A DNA stretch of 64,000 nt from Eledone cirrhosa (Eukaryota): the NCBI GenBank assembly GCA_964016885.1, contig OZ024742.1, forward strand, positions 121,830,001-121,894,000, written 5' to 3'. How positions within the stretch are numbered: the first letter of the stretch is position 1; the number at the start of each line of letters is the position of its first letter. Below the pieces are notes generated by a model, which was not told the origin of the DNA, did no database searches, and saw only the letters and a list, made by a program, of their open reading frames with translations. Positions 12,537 to 26,856 of the stretch are shown piece by piece. A program made the position numbers and the translations under genes.

Positions 12537-15341
12537 CACACATATATATATACATACATATACACACACATACATAAAGTTGCATCACCACATATATATA
12601 AAAAACATACACACACATAAACACACACACACACACACACACATACACACACATACACATATATATATATATATATAAGTACATACATATACAAACATAT
12701 ATACATAAACATACATATACACGCACAAAAATTACACACTCACATAAGTACATATATATACATACATACACATACATATACATATACACATACATACATA
12801 TATATACATACACACAGAAATATATATCTATATATAAAATAGGGTGGGTGGGTGTGTAAAGGGTAAGGTAGAAAGTAGGGGGGAATATAATCAACAGAAA
12901 TATAAATAACATAGGAAAAAATATAAATATAAGAGGAGATGAGGGAGAAAAAGAAATTATGGGTAAATAATGTGAGTTCAGAGAGTAATAATAATCGTAG
13001 AGGATGTAAGGCGTAATGAGTAAAGAAGTTCAAGGTGGTTGAGTCATCGTAGGAATGTCAATCCACTTACAAAGTAGATGTGATTTCAGATGAGGACAAC
13101 ATTTAAAGGTCTCGGTCTTGGAGTTAAGGCAAGTGGAAGTGGCTTTCCAATTTGGAGAATTCTAAATTTTTTCCGTGGTGCACAAAGCACAATTCTTTGT
13201 GCCCCTTTGGTATTCTCTTGAATGGTCTAAAATAGACCAATCGATAGTGTACGGGATGTTTTTGTCTTTGAATTCCCACACTTTATTTGCGAGAGCCGTT
13301 GATGTTCTTTTATCAGAGTGTTTAAAAGAAGCGACATGTGCATAAAACCTGGTTTTGAACCTGTCCTGTGTCATGCCAACATATCGTTCACGCCTGGCTG
13401 GCTGGTTGTTAATCAACGGTGTCAATTTGGCCTCACACACAACGGATTTAGTATTACATTTGCCCTGTAATGGGCATTATTCCGTCTTCCTGCAACTACA
13501 TCCTGGATTTACTCTCGTACGATTAGAGTTGGTAATTTTAGTCTTCATTGATGGACAGCAAGAGTAACTGATTTTGACTACATTTCTATTAAATATCTTA
13601 TAATATCTATGATTAGGGGGAAAATATTTGTCTAGGAGGTCGAGGAATTTCCTTCCTACATTAGTTTTGACAGTTAGAGAGAAGGGGGTGTAAACCAAAT
13701 AAATTTCCTTTTGCTTAGTTTGTGATTAGTTTTAGAGGAAGGAGTAGGTAAATATTTAATATATTCTGTAAAGCCGCTGTTATTGAGGGCCTTATTATAA
13801 TAAGGGGCGGCTTTGTTAAAAATGTCTAGAGACGAAGATTAGGTAGAAATCCTACGGCTAATATTGGGAATAAGATTTTTAAAAACTGTAGGGGTATGGC
13901 AAGACTCTTTGTGTATATATCTTAGATTTTCGTTAGGTTTATGATAAGGTTTAAAAGAGGCAGTAAGTAGATCAAGATTAATATCAAGAAAGTTAGCATT
14001 AGTAAGGTTCGTATCTATAGTAATTTTAAGGTTTTGGTTAGCAAAAGTATTGATTAAATCTTTACAGAATTTATCAAGGTTATGGCCGTTGGTGGTATGA
14101 GAAACTGCCAATCCGGCGTCTCGGTATAAACCGATATTATGGAAAGGAAATGTCTCTTTAAGGGTGTGGAGAAGGAATAATCCTACTAAGTCGCACACAC
14201 CAGCACTGTCATATGAACCCATCGCAACATCAAAAGAGTTTTCAGGGCTTGACTTTTTAACCCAAATACTTTCATTAGTAAAGAGTAGAGTTTTTCCTAG
14301 CATGAAAGATAATGTATTCTTCTAATTTAGAAATATTAATGAAAGGTCTTGCAAAATCTAAGGCTTTGTTAATAAGGAAACAGTAATAGAGGGGTGAAAA
14401 TCAACAATATCAAATTGGGTAAATCTACACTTAATTTTACCTTGTATATTGCTAAACCAAGAAATAACAGGATGTATTTAACCATTGTGATAAGTCAGTC
14501 TTAGTTCTAATTTGGAGTATTATTTTTCTTAAGATTAGAGCGGTGAATTGGCAGTATCGGTAGAGGGTTGGACGCCATGCTTTCTAGAATAGTTACGTCC
14601 CTTTACAGTCTGAGTTCAAATCCCGCCGAGGTTAACTTTGCCTTTCATCCTTACGGGGTCGATAAAATAAAGTACCAGTAATGTACTGGGTAATTGCTGG
14701 CATTGTGCCTAAAGTAGAAACAATTATTTTTCTTAAGATTTTTTTTACTAGCAAGGCCAACTTCAGATTTAGCCGGGTTAATTAGTCTACAGCTAGGTCG
14801 AGTAGTGAAGTCAGATTTATAGTCTTTTAGGGTAATATATTCTTTACGTTTAGTTAGGCTTTCAATCCGGTTATCTATTTAAAAAATATTAGCTAGGTCT
14901 TTAGCTTCTTTATTAATCGTATTGTAGGTGTTATTGTTAGCTAATTGATATTTGTTGGTGATACTATCTGTTAAAAGTTGGTTATACAAAATACTATTTA
15001 CTTCAAATAGATTTTTAGTTTTATCGGAAAGAACGAAAGTGTTTGTAGAATTTTTAAAATTAGAAATATCGTTAGAAAGTTTGAAGGTTATTGTTGTACT
15101 TACGAAATTTGATTTCACTAATTAAATTAACAAGATCCAATTCGAAGTTGGCCATGTCTTTATTCTAGGTGAGTATATGCGGGATTTAATGTCAAAACAA
15201 TCATTTGTATCAGCACTGAATAGTCCATCGTAACCATTGCCTTCCATCTCATTCTTTTAACGACTTGTTCGATTTTATCTATAAGCAGTTTGGTATAAGT
15301 TGTGTTTGAAGGAGTAGGTATATTTTTGATAGAATAATCCA

Positions 15342-15342
<1 letters not shown>
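12330..15342 (-). mobile_element. Near full-length decayed Penelope-like element (RT + GIY-YIG)
   Basis: N-terminus [26 protein letters not shown] motifs FDVAMGSYDSAGVCDLVG and GLYRDAGL. Linker CSCRKTE. Endonuclease YVGMTQDRFKTR and CALCTTEK. Broken by stops and a SINE; the 3' boundary is approximate. Confidence 0.9.
14537..14727 (+). mobile_element. tRNA-derived SINE inserted in the PLE RT region, 18-bp TSD
   Basis: TSD attatttttcttaagatt at 14519-14536 and 14723-14740. Confidence 0.9.
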
Positions 15343-15407
<65 letters not shown>

Positions 15408-15551
15408 GTGTGTGTGTGTGTGTGGTGTGTGTATATATCTTTGTATGTATATATTTAACTGTGTATATGTTTGTACTGTATATATATGTGTGTATATTTC
15501 TATGTATGTGTATGTGTATGTATGTATATGTGTGTATATATATATATGTAT

Positions 15552-16212
15552 ATATATATATATAAATGGAATAGAATGAAACGAAATTTCATTTCTCACT
15601 CTAAGTACGGCACTTACTTAAATGTAAGTATGTATGTATGTATACGTACATACATATATGTATACAGACGTACAGTAGTATGTATATATATACATACATG
15701 CACATATATATATATATATGCACGTATCGGTTTACCGAACATTTATTATAATGCTCGGTTTGTTTGTTTGAAAACAAACAAACAGCCCGAATTACGCCGT
15801 ACAGTGTTTAGGCAACCACGTTACCTTTTTGTTCAACATTGACACAGGAACGATATACTAGTTTCAAGGTTATTAGCTATCGTCAGCATCGTATACCTTC
15901 CTGCCAGATAGTTGAACGTCTGAAAGTATATACTTTCCTTATGCATATTAACGGCTGAGCAGCCTAATTTGCATATCGAGTGAGTTCAGTCGTCCGGGCA
16001 CACCGCAAACGATAAATGGAATAGAATGAAACGAAATTTCATTTCTCACTCTTAGTACGGCACTTACTTAAATGTAAGTATGCATGTATACGTATATACA
16101 TATATGTATACAGACGTACAGTAGCATGTATATATATACATACATGCACACATATATATATACACGTATCGGTTTACCGAACATTTATTATAATGCTCGG
16201 TTTGTTTGTTTG
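15552..16212 (-). mobile_element. Tandem ~460-bp hammerhead-containing repeat (retrozyme-like), about 1.4 units
   Basis: ataaatggaatagaatgaaacgaaatttc recurs at 15552 and 16012. There is an HHR on the minus strand and (TA)n flanks. Confidence 0.75.
15850..15892 (-). ncRNA. Type-I hammerhead ribozyme motif
   Basis: acgatg-CTGACGA-tagctaataacctt-GAAA-ctagt-A-tatcgt, with palindromic stem III ACTAGT and a weak stem II. Confidence 0.7.
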
Positions 16213-16356
16213 TAATATATATATACCTGGAGTTGCGACCGATAGATAGTATTAGCAACTGGAAAGACCAACGGAAACATTGTTTCTTCGGTCCGATTTG
16301 ACGAAAGTCGATCGCTCCTTTTATATGTTTGTCTGTTTGAAATACAACAATATTTG

Positions 16357-16400
<44 letters not shown>

Positions 16401-16469
16401 CTTAGGTTAGTAGGAGTTAGGTATTATATACCCGTGTCCCGTTAAGGTATTGGCAAAAGAAGGAAAAAC

Positions 16470-17258
16470 ATGTATGTTAACCCACCTTTTAACTCCGAGG
16501 TCCTCACTAGTCTCCCCAGAGTATTCTTCTCATTATTGGAAAAAAACTTCCCACCAGGCAATAGATACCGCAACATAATTAACAAAAACGTAATTAAATT
16601 ATCCTATTCGACCACACCTAACCTCGCATCACACCTAGCACGTACGAACATTAGGAAAACTAAGGAGGGATTCGAAGCAATTAAAATGGCAGTTAACCAC
16701 CAGCAACCGACTACACTAGAAAATGGGCAACATAATAGCATCAATGAGCCATCTAATGATATAGAGGCACCTAGTGATAATGCGAGTAACCAAACTTCGG
16801 GAGGTAAGCTAACTAATCGAACCCGCAGTTGCAATTGTAGGCGGAGTAGTAACTGTCCCCTAAGGGGGGATTGCCTCACGAAAAACATAGTATATGCATG
16901 TGACGTAACCACACACAACTCTACCAAAACATATATAGGAGCAACGTCCAATACATTTAAAACTAGATTTAACGCGCATATGTACACATTTAGACACGAC
17001 AGACATAAGAATGCCACCTCACTGGCGGGATGCATCTCCTTCTTAAAAAATAATAGTACCCCATACAATCTTTTTTGGAGGAAGCTTACTAAATCCACGC
17101 CATACCGACCGCAGAGCGGAAGTTGTGACCTGTGTTTACTGGAATGCCATGCCATAATACACTCTAAACTGAACCTGCTTAACAGGAAATCGGAAATTTT
17201 CTCCTCATGCCAACACAAAATCCTGAGTTCCTTCTTCTATTTTAAACCTAGCACATAG
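16470..17258 (+). mobile_element. PLE C-terminal fragment (thumb end, Cys linker, GIY-YIG)
   Basis: NPPFNSEV, CNCRRSSNCPLRGDC, YIGATSNTFKTRFNAH and CDLCLLE; 5'-truncated. Confidence 0.9.
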
Positions 17259-17699
17259 ACGTAACATATATCACGCAACCCCCACCTAGACTATAGTTTC
17301 CCCCCGCCTCCCCCCAACCCGTAACCTAGATAGATAGGTACCATAAGGGTGGTGCAGTCCCCTACAAGGTTGGTGCTCTTGCGTGTGTGTGTGTGTGTAT
17401 TCTCCTTTTATCTCTCACACGCACGCACACGCAGACATATGTGTGGGTGTGCGTGTGTGTGTGCATGCATGCACGCATGTGTGCGTGCATTGTATGTAAG
17501 TATATTGTGTGTATATGTATGTATATATATGTATGTGTATATATATGTATATGCATGTGTGTGTGTGTATATGTATATTGTATGCATGCGTATTATATTG
17601 TGTGTATGTGTATGTGTGACATGTATGTGAATATATGTATGTATGCGTATGAGTGGGTATGTGTAAGTGTATAATGTGTGTATGTGTGTATATATGTAT

Positions 17700-18890
17700 G
17701 TATACTCTTCTGTAGAAATTCTCTCTATGTGTGCTGTGTGGCATGAATTCCCCCTATAATACTCTTCTCTGAGAGGAGCACGATATGCAGAGTAACACAT
17801 ATGTATTGTTGAAGTTGAAACTGAGAACCACCACCCCTCATGCTGACCTGGATGTTTACTGAGGACCAGAACACCATTCTACGCAATATAAGAGCGAAAT
17901 GCGCTTGCCGAACTATTGATGACCATAACATCACATTCCAATGTAGTGGCAAAATACAGTGAATGATATGCACGACCAGAACACCACAGCATGCATATCC
18001 AAACAGCACAGATATGATATCAATGGGGGAATCAACTGAAACTTTTTGGGTTGAAATACATGTGGATATGTGTCTGTGTGTATCGAACACACGAACACAT
18101 AAGGAGGCTCTTGACCTAAATATACCTGTCATGCCTGTCTGAATCCCTAAGGGAACTGTCGGCCAGTTACTGTCTTGACCGATTGTAGTACCACTGGGTG
18201 AATCATTTGAGTTTTTTGGGTTGAAATACATATAGATATGTGTCTGTGTGTGTCGGACACACGTACACACATAAAAAAGCTGTTATGCCTGCCTGAATTT
18301 TCGGTCAGTTGCTGACTTGACTGATTAACCCCACAATTACTACGTAGCGGTTCTTGCACGTGACTACTGGACCCGGATGAAACGAAGACGAAGAATTTCC
18401 TTCCGTACCGTTTTGTACCACAGATGCGATATCACCCTGCTTCGTTGATGTCCTATCGACACCAAAGTTCAACGTTTGGGCGAATAGATTTGAATCCAAC
18501 CACCAACAACATAGCTGGATGACCGATAATCACACCAAACCGGAGTACTGTGATCCTTGTGACTTCCAAATATACAACCACTGACACTGTCACGAAGACC
18601 AGGAAACCATACTCCATATATTGAACCAATTGATTGATTTGTGCGAACAAAATAACACCAAACACATATTGAACTAGGAATATTGGATCCTCGGTCAATG
18701 TCCGGGTGAGCAAAAATTGACTTCTATCTGCATTGGAATTTACAAACTTGTGCATCTGCTGTGGTGTCAAAAACAAACGCACATGACCGCACAGATAAAC
18801 AATGGACCATGCCACGTGGCTTGAACCCGTAAGTGAATTGAAGGTTCTGCAACACTGATACACATATTGTTTATTATTTATTATTAAGAT
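17700..18890 (+). mobile_element. Possible L1/Tx1-like 3' relic (zf-RVT-like), with an internal ~178-bp duplication
   Basis: A plus frame near 18575-18630 reads H*HCHEDQETILHIL. Direct repeats lie at ~18040-18140 and ~18210-18300. Confidence 0.3.
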
Positions 18891-19535
18891 GTATAAACTG
18901 GACACAACTGTTATCATATATTCTCTCAACGAATCACACTTGATCATGTTTCTCTATCCTGTTTTCTCCCCCCATAATTATTATATTTTTATTATTTTTT
19001 ATTATTGTTTGAAAAAAATCGTTTTTTTTTACATTGTGTTTTCCCCTCCAAATATTCGCTTATATTTCCTTATATATTCTCTATATATTTTTTATCTTTA
19101 TTATTATTTCCACTTTTATCCTCCTTTATATTTTACCTTATTCTTACCTTTATACCTTATTATAGTGTAATCTTCCCCATGCCTTATTATACACTATTAA
19201 TTATAGATTATTATTATTACTCTTTTTCCATTTCTAATTACCTCATGTACCTTCTCCTCCGCTATATGTATATATGTATTCTACGCCCTTTGTGTTTGTG
19301 TAGCCTCTGCGCACCCTCTGCACCATACTATCCACGCCACCCCATCTATGGTTCAGCTAACCACCCGACCCCCGGGAATGAATATGACCGCAGCTAGTAA
19401 ACAAGGACCAACACCCCACCCTCCCGCACCAAAATTAGACTTATCGTCCCCTACTTTTGCTCTTTACTCTCTTTACCCTTTGTTCTTGGGTGTTTGGTTG
19501 GTAGAGTCCATAACACCAATCAAACCCCTTTTATA

Positions 19536-19582
19536 GCTCTGATGAATCCTACGGTTACACGTAAGGAAGAAACATTGTTAGC
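19536..19582 (+). ncRNA. Type-I hammerhead motif at an element 3' end
   Basis: gct-CTGATGA-a tcctac..gtaagga a-GAAA-cattgt-T-agc, followed by AATAAA and (TA)n. Confidence 0.65.
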
Positions 19583-19623
19583 CAATAAAAATCTTTTGAT
19601 GTTGTAGACGCTCTTGTGTTCTT

Positions 19624-19664
<41 letters not shown>

Positions 19665-19671
<7 letters not shown>

Positions 19672-19964
19672 TTTATTTTGTGCATTTGCTTACCGCGTGT
19701 CTTTGCTTATTTGTTTTTATTTGTGTTTTTTCTTCTTTGGTATCGCTGTCAACTTGGTAATTTTTAATTTTTCTCTTAATTTTTATATTTGACTTTATTT
19801 TTTACTTTTATTTATTTATTATTCTGATTTCATGTATATGGATTTATCTTGGCCAGTTGATGTGACTGCTTATTTTAGTATATGGGCATGGTCAAGTGTG
19901 TATATGTTTGTTTCTTTATCTTTACTTATTTTTATAATTATGTGTGTGTGTGTGTGTATATATA

Positions 19965-20056
<92 letters not shown>

Positions 20057-20088
20057 CGTTTGTATTTATGTGTATGTGTATGTATGTT

Positions 20089-20121
<33 letters not shown>

Positions 20122-20345
20122 GTGTGTGTGTGTGTGTGTTTATATATACTTATATATTTATAATCTCTTATTCTTCTTCCCTCAGCCTCACTTTCATATT
20201 TCTTATATTTTTGTTTTCAAATCCACATTCAATAAAAACACCAGCATTTTTTCATTTTGACGACTGAAAGCAGATTTGTTTGCTTTCAAGAAACCACTGG
20301 TAAATGAAATAATTATCTTATGTTGTTTATTACATAACTAATAAG
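19665..20345 (+). mobile_element. Non-coding PLE-terminus-like repeat with HHR
   Basis: Reverse-complement homology to 11550-11800 and 10277-10460, and 3' homology to 37120-37245. Confidence 0.7.
20251..20308 (+). ncRNA. Type-I hammerhead motif (C3U variant)
   Basis: ttcatt-TTGACGA-c tgaaagcaga..tttgctttca a-GAAA-ccactggt-A-aatgaa. Confidence 0.7.
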
Positions 20346-20401
20346 ATCTGTAACCTACATAGAGCACTCTTTTTTCCTGGAACTTTCCGACGGAATTACT
20401 T

Positions 20402-20452
<51 letters not shown>

Positions 20453-20483
20453 ACATACACACAGACAGACAGACACACAGACA

Positions 20484-20553
<70 letters not shown>

Positions 20554-20575
20554 GACAGACACACACACAGACACA

Positions 20576-20644
<69 letters not shown>

Positions 20645-20673
20645 AGACACACAGACACACAGACACACAGACA

Positions 20674-20760
<87 letters not shown>

Positions 20761-20879
20761 GCTGAATATTTATGTCATTATACCCAAGAAATACATAATT
20801 AAAATATTTGCAACTTTAATAACTGCTACGTGCCATAATTCACATAAATGATACGGTTACTATTATGAAAACCATAGAG

Positions 20880-21020
20880 AGAGAATTGAGTCGTTAGAAC
20901 GTCGGATATTCGTTTGGGCTCCACTCTCTGAGTTCAATTCCCGCTGAGGTCAAATTTGCCTTTCATCCATTCAAGGTTGATATAAAAATTTCTAGTCAAG
21001 TGCTGGGGTTAATCCCTGCT
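20880..21020 (+). mobile_element. Degenerate SINE
   Basis: gagttcaattcccgctgaggtcaaatttgcctttcatcc. Confidence 0.6.
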
Positions 21021-21559
21021 CTATATCTCTTTCTCACTTCCATTTCCCCACTCTCTATCCTTCTCTGGAAGAAATTTGATGTGTTCAGACCGAGAGAGAA
21101 GATGGGCTCCACCTGGTTTAAAAATCTCTTTGAAACGCCGTAAGTTAATACCGCGTCCCGACGAATCACTCAAGAGTTACGTGATCTTGCATGCATTATG
21201 CAAACTATTAAGTTATCAAAACGCAAATTTCCCAGTTTGTATGATTGTTCATATATTCAATAATCCTCGTCAAACTTTACATATGTTCAACGGTATTGCC
21301 GTAATTATTTATGACTCGGGACGACTAATATGATGATATCACCCTTAGACTCAATTCTATTACAAGTAGATGCATCAGAATTAATAGAATAATCAATGAC
21401 TTATTTTCATAGTATGTATAATTTCATTTTGATATATATATATTTGATATATGGCCTAAGTCTATTGGTCTGCTTGATGGTACATCCCAGAATCGGTTTC
21501 CTGTTTTTGTTTTTGCTGTTTCATCGATTGCATGTTTTTCCTTTCAGGTTTTTATTCTT

Positions 21560-22190
21560 CATCCACGTATTTCTTAGAGGATCATGGGGGCAGATTCCTC
21601 AAACACCTTTTCTAGCGGGTCCTGTCAGAAGCAACCGTCTCCAACTGATCCGGCTAGATCTCCAAGCAAGACTAGCCAAGGTCCTGGATGTTATCCGACC
21701 ATCGAGCTCGGGATATATCTCTGGGTCTCCTGCCAATCGGTTTTGCCCGTAAAATCCGACCAGCAATTCTTTCCTGAGACATTCTAGCAATATGATCATA
21801 ACATCAGAGCTGTGATCTTTCAATTCGGAAAAGCAGTGACCCTATCTGGTGACTCACCGATCCCCGAGATACGCATTCTATTGAGTACCATTAGGAAACC
21901 CATTTCGGCCGCTTTTATTCACGATCGTATTTTCTCGGTCCTTCCCCAAGATTCATAACCATAGTTAAGAGTTGGCACGAATACCGAATTGAAGAATAGA
22001 GAGTCCATTGTTAGAATAGAAGTCTAATAAGGTACCTCCATTCATATTTAACTAGGGGTCGCCTCCCCTTCCAACCACTCCTTTCCAAGTCATGTGGTCA
22101 TGGTGAACAGGTGCATTGAAATCTCTCATCAGGATATATGACTCAGTCCTAACTATATCTAACGCTGCAGTTATTCTATTTATTTTGTTA
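21560..22190 (-). mobile_element. Internally deleted RTE LINE relic (APE piece joined to 3' end)
   Basis: 21570-21960 is homologous to the 3' end of the RTE at 26090-26460. 21970-22190 is homologous to its endonuclease region. Confidence 0.7.
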
Positions 22191-22222
22191 GAAAAACATT
22201 ATACGAAATATATATTTCGTAA

Positions 22223-22279
<57 letters not shown>

Positions 22280-22318
22280 TTATTAAAATAACAGATTAAA
22301 GTTTAAGCAAAGAATCGC

Positions 22319-22374
<56 letters not shown>

Positions 22375-22497
22375 TTGTATTTGTGTCATTGGAGAGTAAA
22401 TTTATTTATTTATATCTTTGCTAACAAGTATATTTGTTTAATTTGATTTTCTCTTATTCTGAAGAATAAAAAAAAAAAAAAATAAAAAAGAAAAAAA

Positions 22498-22668
<171 letters not shown>

Positions 22669-23251
22669 GAGAGAGCAGATACGGAAACTATAAGAGAAAT
22701 AATAACACAAGTCTAGTTTGAGAGCTCTTTGTGTTAAATGAAAAAGTAAAGTTTTTACTATAGTTAGAAAATTATCACATAAATCAGAATCACTTTGAAG
22801 ATGATAATAAAACATTAATATATATTATTTATTACATTTAAATGAAGAATTTAATTTAGTTCAATAAGGTAAATATGTAATTATTTAGCTACAGAAGAGG
22901 AACTTTTTATTATATTTAAAAGAGAATTGCAAAAGTTAGAGTCTTAGTGCGGATTACAATCTAAACAAAACGTTAAAAATGATAACATATGCAGTGAACT
23001 GAAACAAGAGTGACTAAACATTTATAAAGAAACAGGGAAATACAACAATAAAACAAGGAGCATAATAAAATAAATGTAGAATGAAATTCTAATTATATTT
23101 TTGTGTTTATAAGAATTGAGAATTTTTCCTTACACCCTTTTCTGTACCTAAACGTATTCGTCAATAGTTTTAAGGAGAGAAAAATGTTTATACGTTTATT
23201 TTCGGTGATTGCAAATAATGTTTAAAAATATTTGAAGATGTTATCAAGAAA

Positions 23252-23340
<89 letters not shown>

Positions 23341-23571
23341 GAGTTAATCAAGATTCAATGAGTACATCAAAGAATGAGTTTTACAGTAGATAGGAAGCAC
23401 TCTACATAAAAACTTTTCCAGAGTTATTAATATTTAAATACAAATATTAATAAAATAGATGTTCTTTTACATCAATTAAATTTTATTATACATATTTCGG
23501 AGGATTTAATCAAGGTACCTTGATTAAATCTTAACCATTTAACATCTCAGGGTATGTCATGTATCATTATA

Positions 23572-23620
23572 TTTTGTCTGATGAGGACGTACTGTTGTAC
23601 CTCCGAAATATGTATAATAA
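23572..23620 (+). ncRNA. Type-I hammerhead motif
   Basis: ttgt-CTGATGA-ggacgtac tgtt gtacctcc-GAAA-tatgtat-A-ataa. Confidence 0.7.
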
Positions 23621-23730
23621 CATTTTATTGATCAAAAGAACATTTATTTTATTAATATTTGTATTTTAATATTATATATATATATATACGATATTAACAA
23701 ATGGAAACTATATTTATAAAACCATATTTA

Positions 23731-23791
23731 TTTTATTATACATATTTCAAGGACACCAGGTTAAATTATGGTGTGCTTTCATCAGACAAAA
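23731..23791 (-). ncRNA. Type-I hammerhead motif
   Basis: ttttgt-CTGATGA-aagcacacca..tggtgtcctt-GAAA-tatgtat-A-ataaaa. It has the same flanks as 23572 but a different, still paired stem II. Confidence 0.7.
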
Positions 23792-24119
23792 TACAATATA
23801 GATCAGTTTTATAAATAAATATTGACATACCCTTAAAAAATGCAACCATTACTGTTGGAAGCTCCCGGATAGTGGAGTTGTTTACTTATATTATTATTAG
23901 TATTGGATATTTTAAAATAAGTCGTTGGGTTAGAGAGAAAGAAAGAGAGAGAGAAAAAGACAGAGAAAAGAAAGAAAAAAAAAGAAAAAAAGAAAGAAAA
24001 GAGAGTGAGAGATACCAAAACAACAGAGAGAGAAAAATATAGAGGTAGAGAGGGGACAGAGAGAAGGGGAGAGAACGAAAACATTAAGTCATCAATCGGA
24101 GATGACTTGTTAGGAAGGC

Positions 24120-26490
24120 AGATTTAAGTTAACTTAAGATGTAGTTATGACTGATGGGAGACTTCAAAGCACATGTTGTCACTGGCAACCTGACATGGAA
24201 AGGTGTGATTGAAAGGAATGTCGATCCCGATCTAAATACAAATAGAGAGGCCTTGCTGGACTTCTGTCCTAACAATGGACTCTCTATTATGAACATCTTC
24301 CTCCAGCACAGAGACATCCATAAGTATATATGGTATAAGGCGAACCAAGAACAGAAATCAATAATTGATTTTGTAATTGTCTCTGATCTCTTTGATTATG
24401 TGTTGGATGTATGTGTTACGAGAGGGGCTGAGCTGTCAATTGATCCCCATCTAGTTATCCGTCACTTGAGTCTGCCTAATGCAAACGAAGCCTACAAAAC
24501 TAAACTGGAGGGTCCAGAGCGACCCACAGGATAAAGTGGGAAGCATTGGTGGATAAGGATGTCAGGACCAGGTATGCAGATACTATTGCATCCAAATTCA
24601 GAGAACTCCTTGTGAAAACTGAAGACGTTGAGACGGAGTGGATATTCTTCAGCACACCAGTTTCTACTTCAGATGTTAAATGCTGCGGGCGAAAGAGACC
24701 TGGTGTGGCGCCGAATGGCAGGAAGACTCCTTGGTTCAATGAAGAGGTTAAAAATGCCATCCGAGCAAAGAAGGAGGCTTACAAAGCTTGGCTTGGAAAT
24801 AAGCCCCCCTTCTTGCACTTGCGGTACAACCATCCGCCGACTTCGTAATAAGAAGCCCTCTTCCACACCTGCTGGAAAGAACGCTTGTAGAGTTCTCCTG
24901 TCTTCAAAGAGGTGCGTCTTCCCGAGGTGGAGAGAACACTTTGCTCATCTGTTAAACCCGATCACAACCGCATTTTCGGATGTACACGCCGTGCATCTGG
25001 GAGCGGTGACTACTCTCTCAGAGGCTGAGGTCATAAGAGCAGTGAAAGTGCTCAAATATGGTAAAGCCGCTGGGGAAGATGAAATCCATCCCGAAATGTT
25101 AAAAGCCTTAAATAGAGAAAGTATCCTCTGGCTGACTCGTGTGTGCCAGGCGGCCTAGATCTCTGGATCGCCCCCTAAGCAATGGCAATCGGGATTGATG
25201 ATCCCACTTTTCAAAAAGGGAGACTATAAAGAGATTGTTTCAATTACATAGGGATCTCATTGTTACGTCTGCCCGGTAGAGTCTATGCTAAGTGTATGGC
25301 AAAAAGATGCGGGGAGATTGTCGAGTCCAAGCTAGCTGATGAACAGTGTGGATTTCACCCCGGACGAAGCACAGCCGACCAAATATTCACAGTGGCAGGT
25401 AATCAAGGAATCATGGGAGTATTGCCAAGAAGTATATTCTTGTTTTGTCGACGTTGAGAAAGGCATATGGCCGCATTCCGCGTGACCTGATATGGAAGGC
25501 TGTGCAGGAGTATGGGATTCATGGTCAGCTTCTTGCTGCCCTGATATCTCTATATGAATGCCCGAATATTTGTATATGGATAAATAGTGCTAAATAAAAA
25601 CCATTCCATGTGGGGGTCTGACTCCTCCAAGGGTACGTACTGTCACCTCTACTGTTCATTATTTACATGAACGGGATTGACATGCGCAACCAGGTTGGAA
25701 GTGGTATCACGGCTGGTGGTTGTAAAATCAGTCGGCTAGAATTTGCAGATGACATGGTATTACTTAACTCGACAGAATATGATCTTCGACTTGCACTTGA
25801 TAGGTTTGATGCCGAGTGGTGCTGGAATAAATATCAGTGCTGAAAAACTGAGACATTCGTCCTCTCAAAGAAGCCTATGTAGTGCATTCTACATGTGAAT
25901 GGAGTCCCACTGAAGAAGGTAGAGAAGTTCAAGTATCTCAGGCCCGTGTTCATGGACGGCAGGAGGCTGAATTAAGTGCAAGAATTGCAAAAGCTGGTGT
26001 AATAATGCACCAGCTTCAGTATTCAGTAATTAGAATATAGGTGGTAGGCGAAAAGGCGAAACTTGTTATCTTCAATTAGTGCCAACCCTTAGATATGGTC
26101 ATGCATCTTGTGTAATGACCGAAAGAATACGGTCGCAAATAAAAGCGGCCGAAATGGGGTTCCACTGAAGGGTCTTTGGAGTAACGTTACTCGATAGAGT
26201 GCGTAGCTCAGAGATCAGAGTGTCACTCCAAGTAGAGCCGCTACTTCTCCGAATTGAGAGATCACAGCTCCGATCCTATGGGCATGTGGTTAGAATGTCT
26301 CAGGAAAGAATCGTTGGAGAGATTTTACGGGCGAAACCAACAGGTAGGAGACTCAGAGGTAGGCCCCGAGCAAGATGGATAATATCCTTGAGCTTGGCTG
26401 GTCACGCTTTGGGATCTAGCCAGATATTTTGGAGACGGTTACTTCTGACAGGACCCTCTCAGGTATAAGTGGGTGAAGAAAAGAAGAAGC
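24120..26490 (+). mobile_element. RTE-clade LINE (APE + RT), 5'-truncated and decayed
   Basis: MGDFKAHV, SIIDFVIV, GKAAGEDEIHPEMLK, EQCGFHPGRSTADQIF, FADD and RSQLRSYGHVVRM..GRRLRGRPRARW. Confidence 0.9.
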
Positions 26491-26610
26491 AAACATTTGT
26501 CGGTGTGGGTTCGCATCATTTTCATGTCAGCAATGTAATTTCAATATATCGCACATTTGTATACATTGATAGCTATGTTACGAAAGTCATATATATATAT
26601 ATATGCGTAT

Positions 26611-26689
<79 letters not shown>

Positions 26690-26825
26690 TAGCGAGGGAA
26701 AGAGAAAAAGAGAGAGAGAGAAAGAGAAAGAGAAAGAGAGAGAGAGAGAGTGTGTGTTTGTATGCTTGTGTGTGTGTGTATGTTTGTGTGTATGTGTATG
26801 TGTATCTGAATCGGATGTGTTTTCG

Positions 26826-26856
<31 letters not shown>

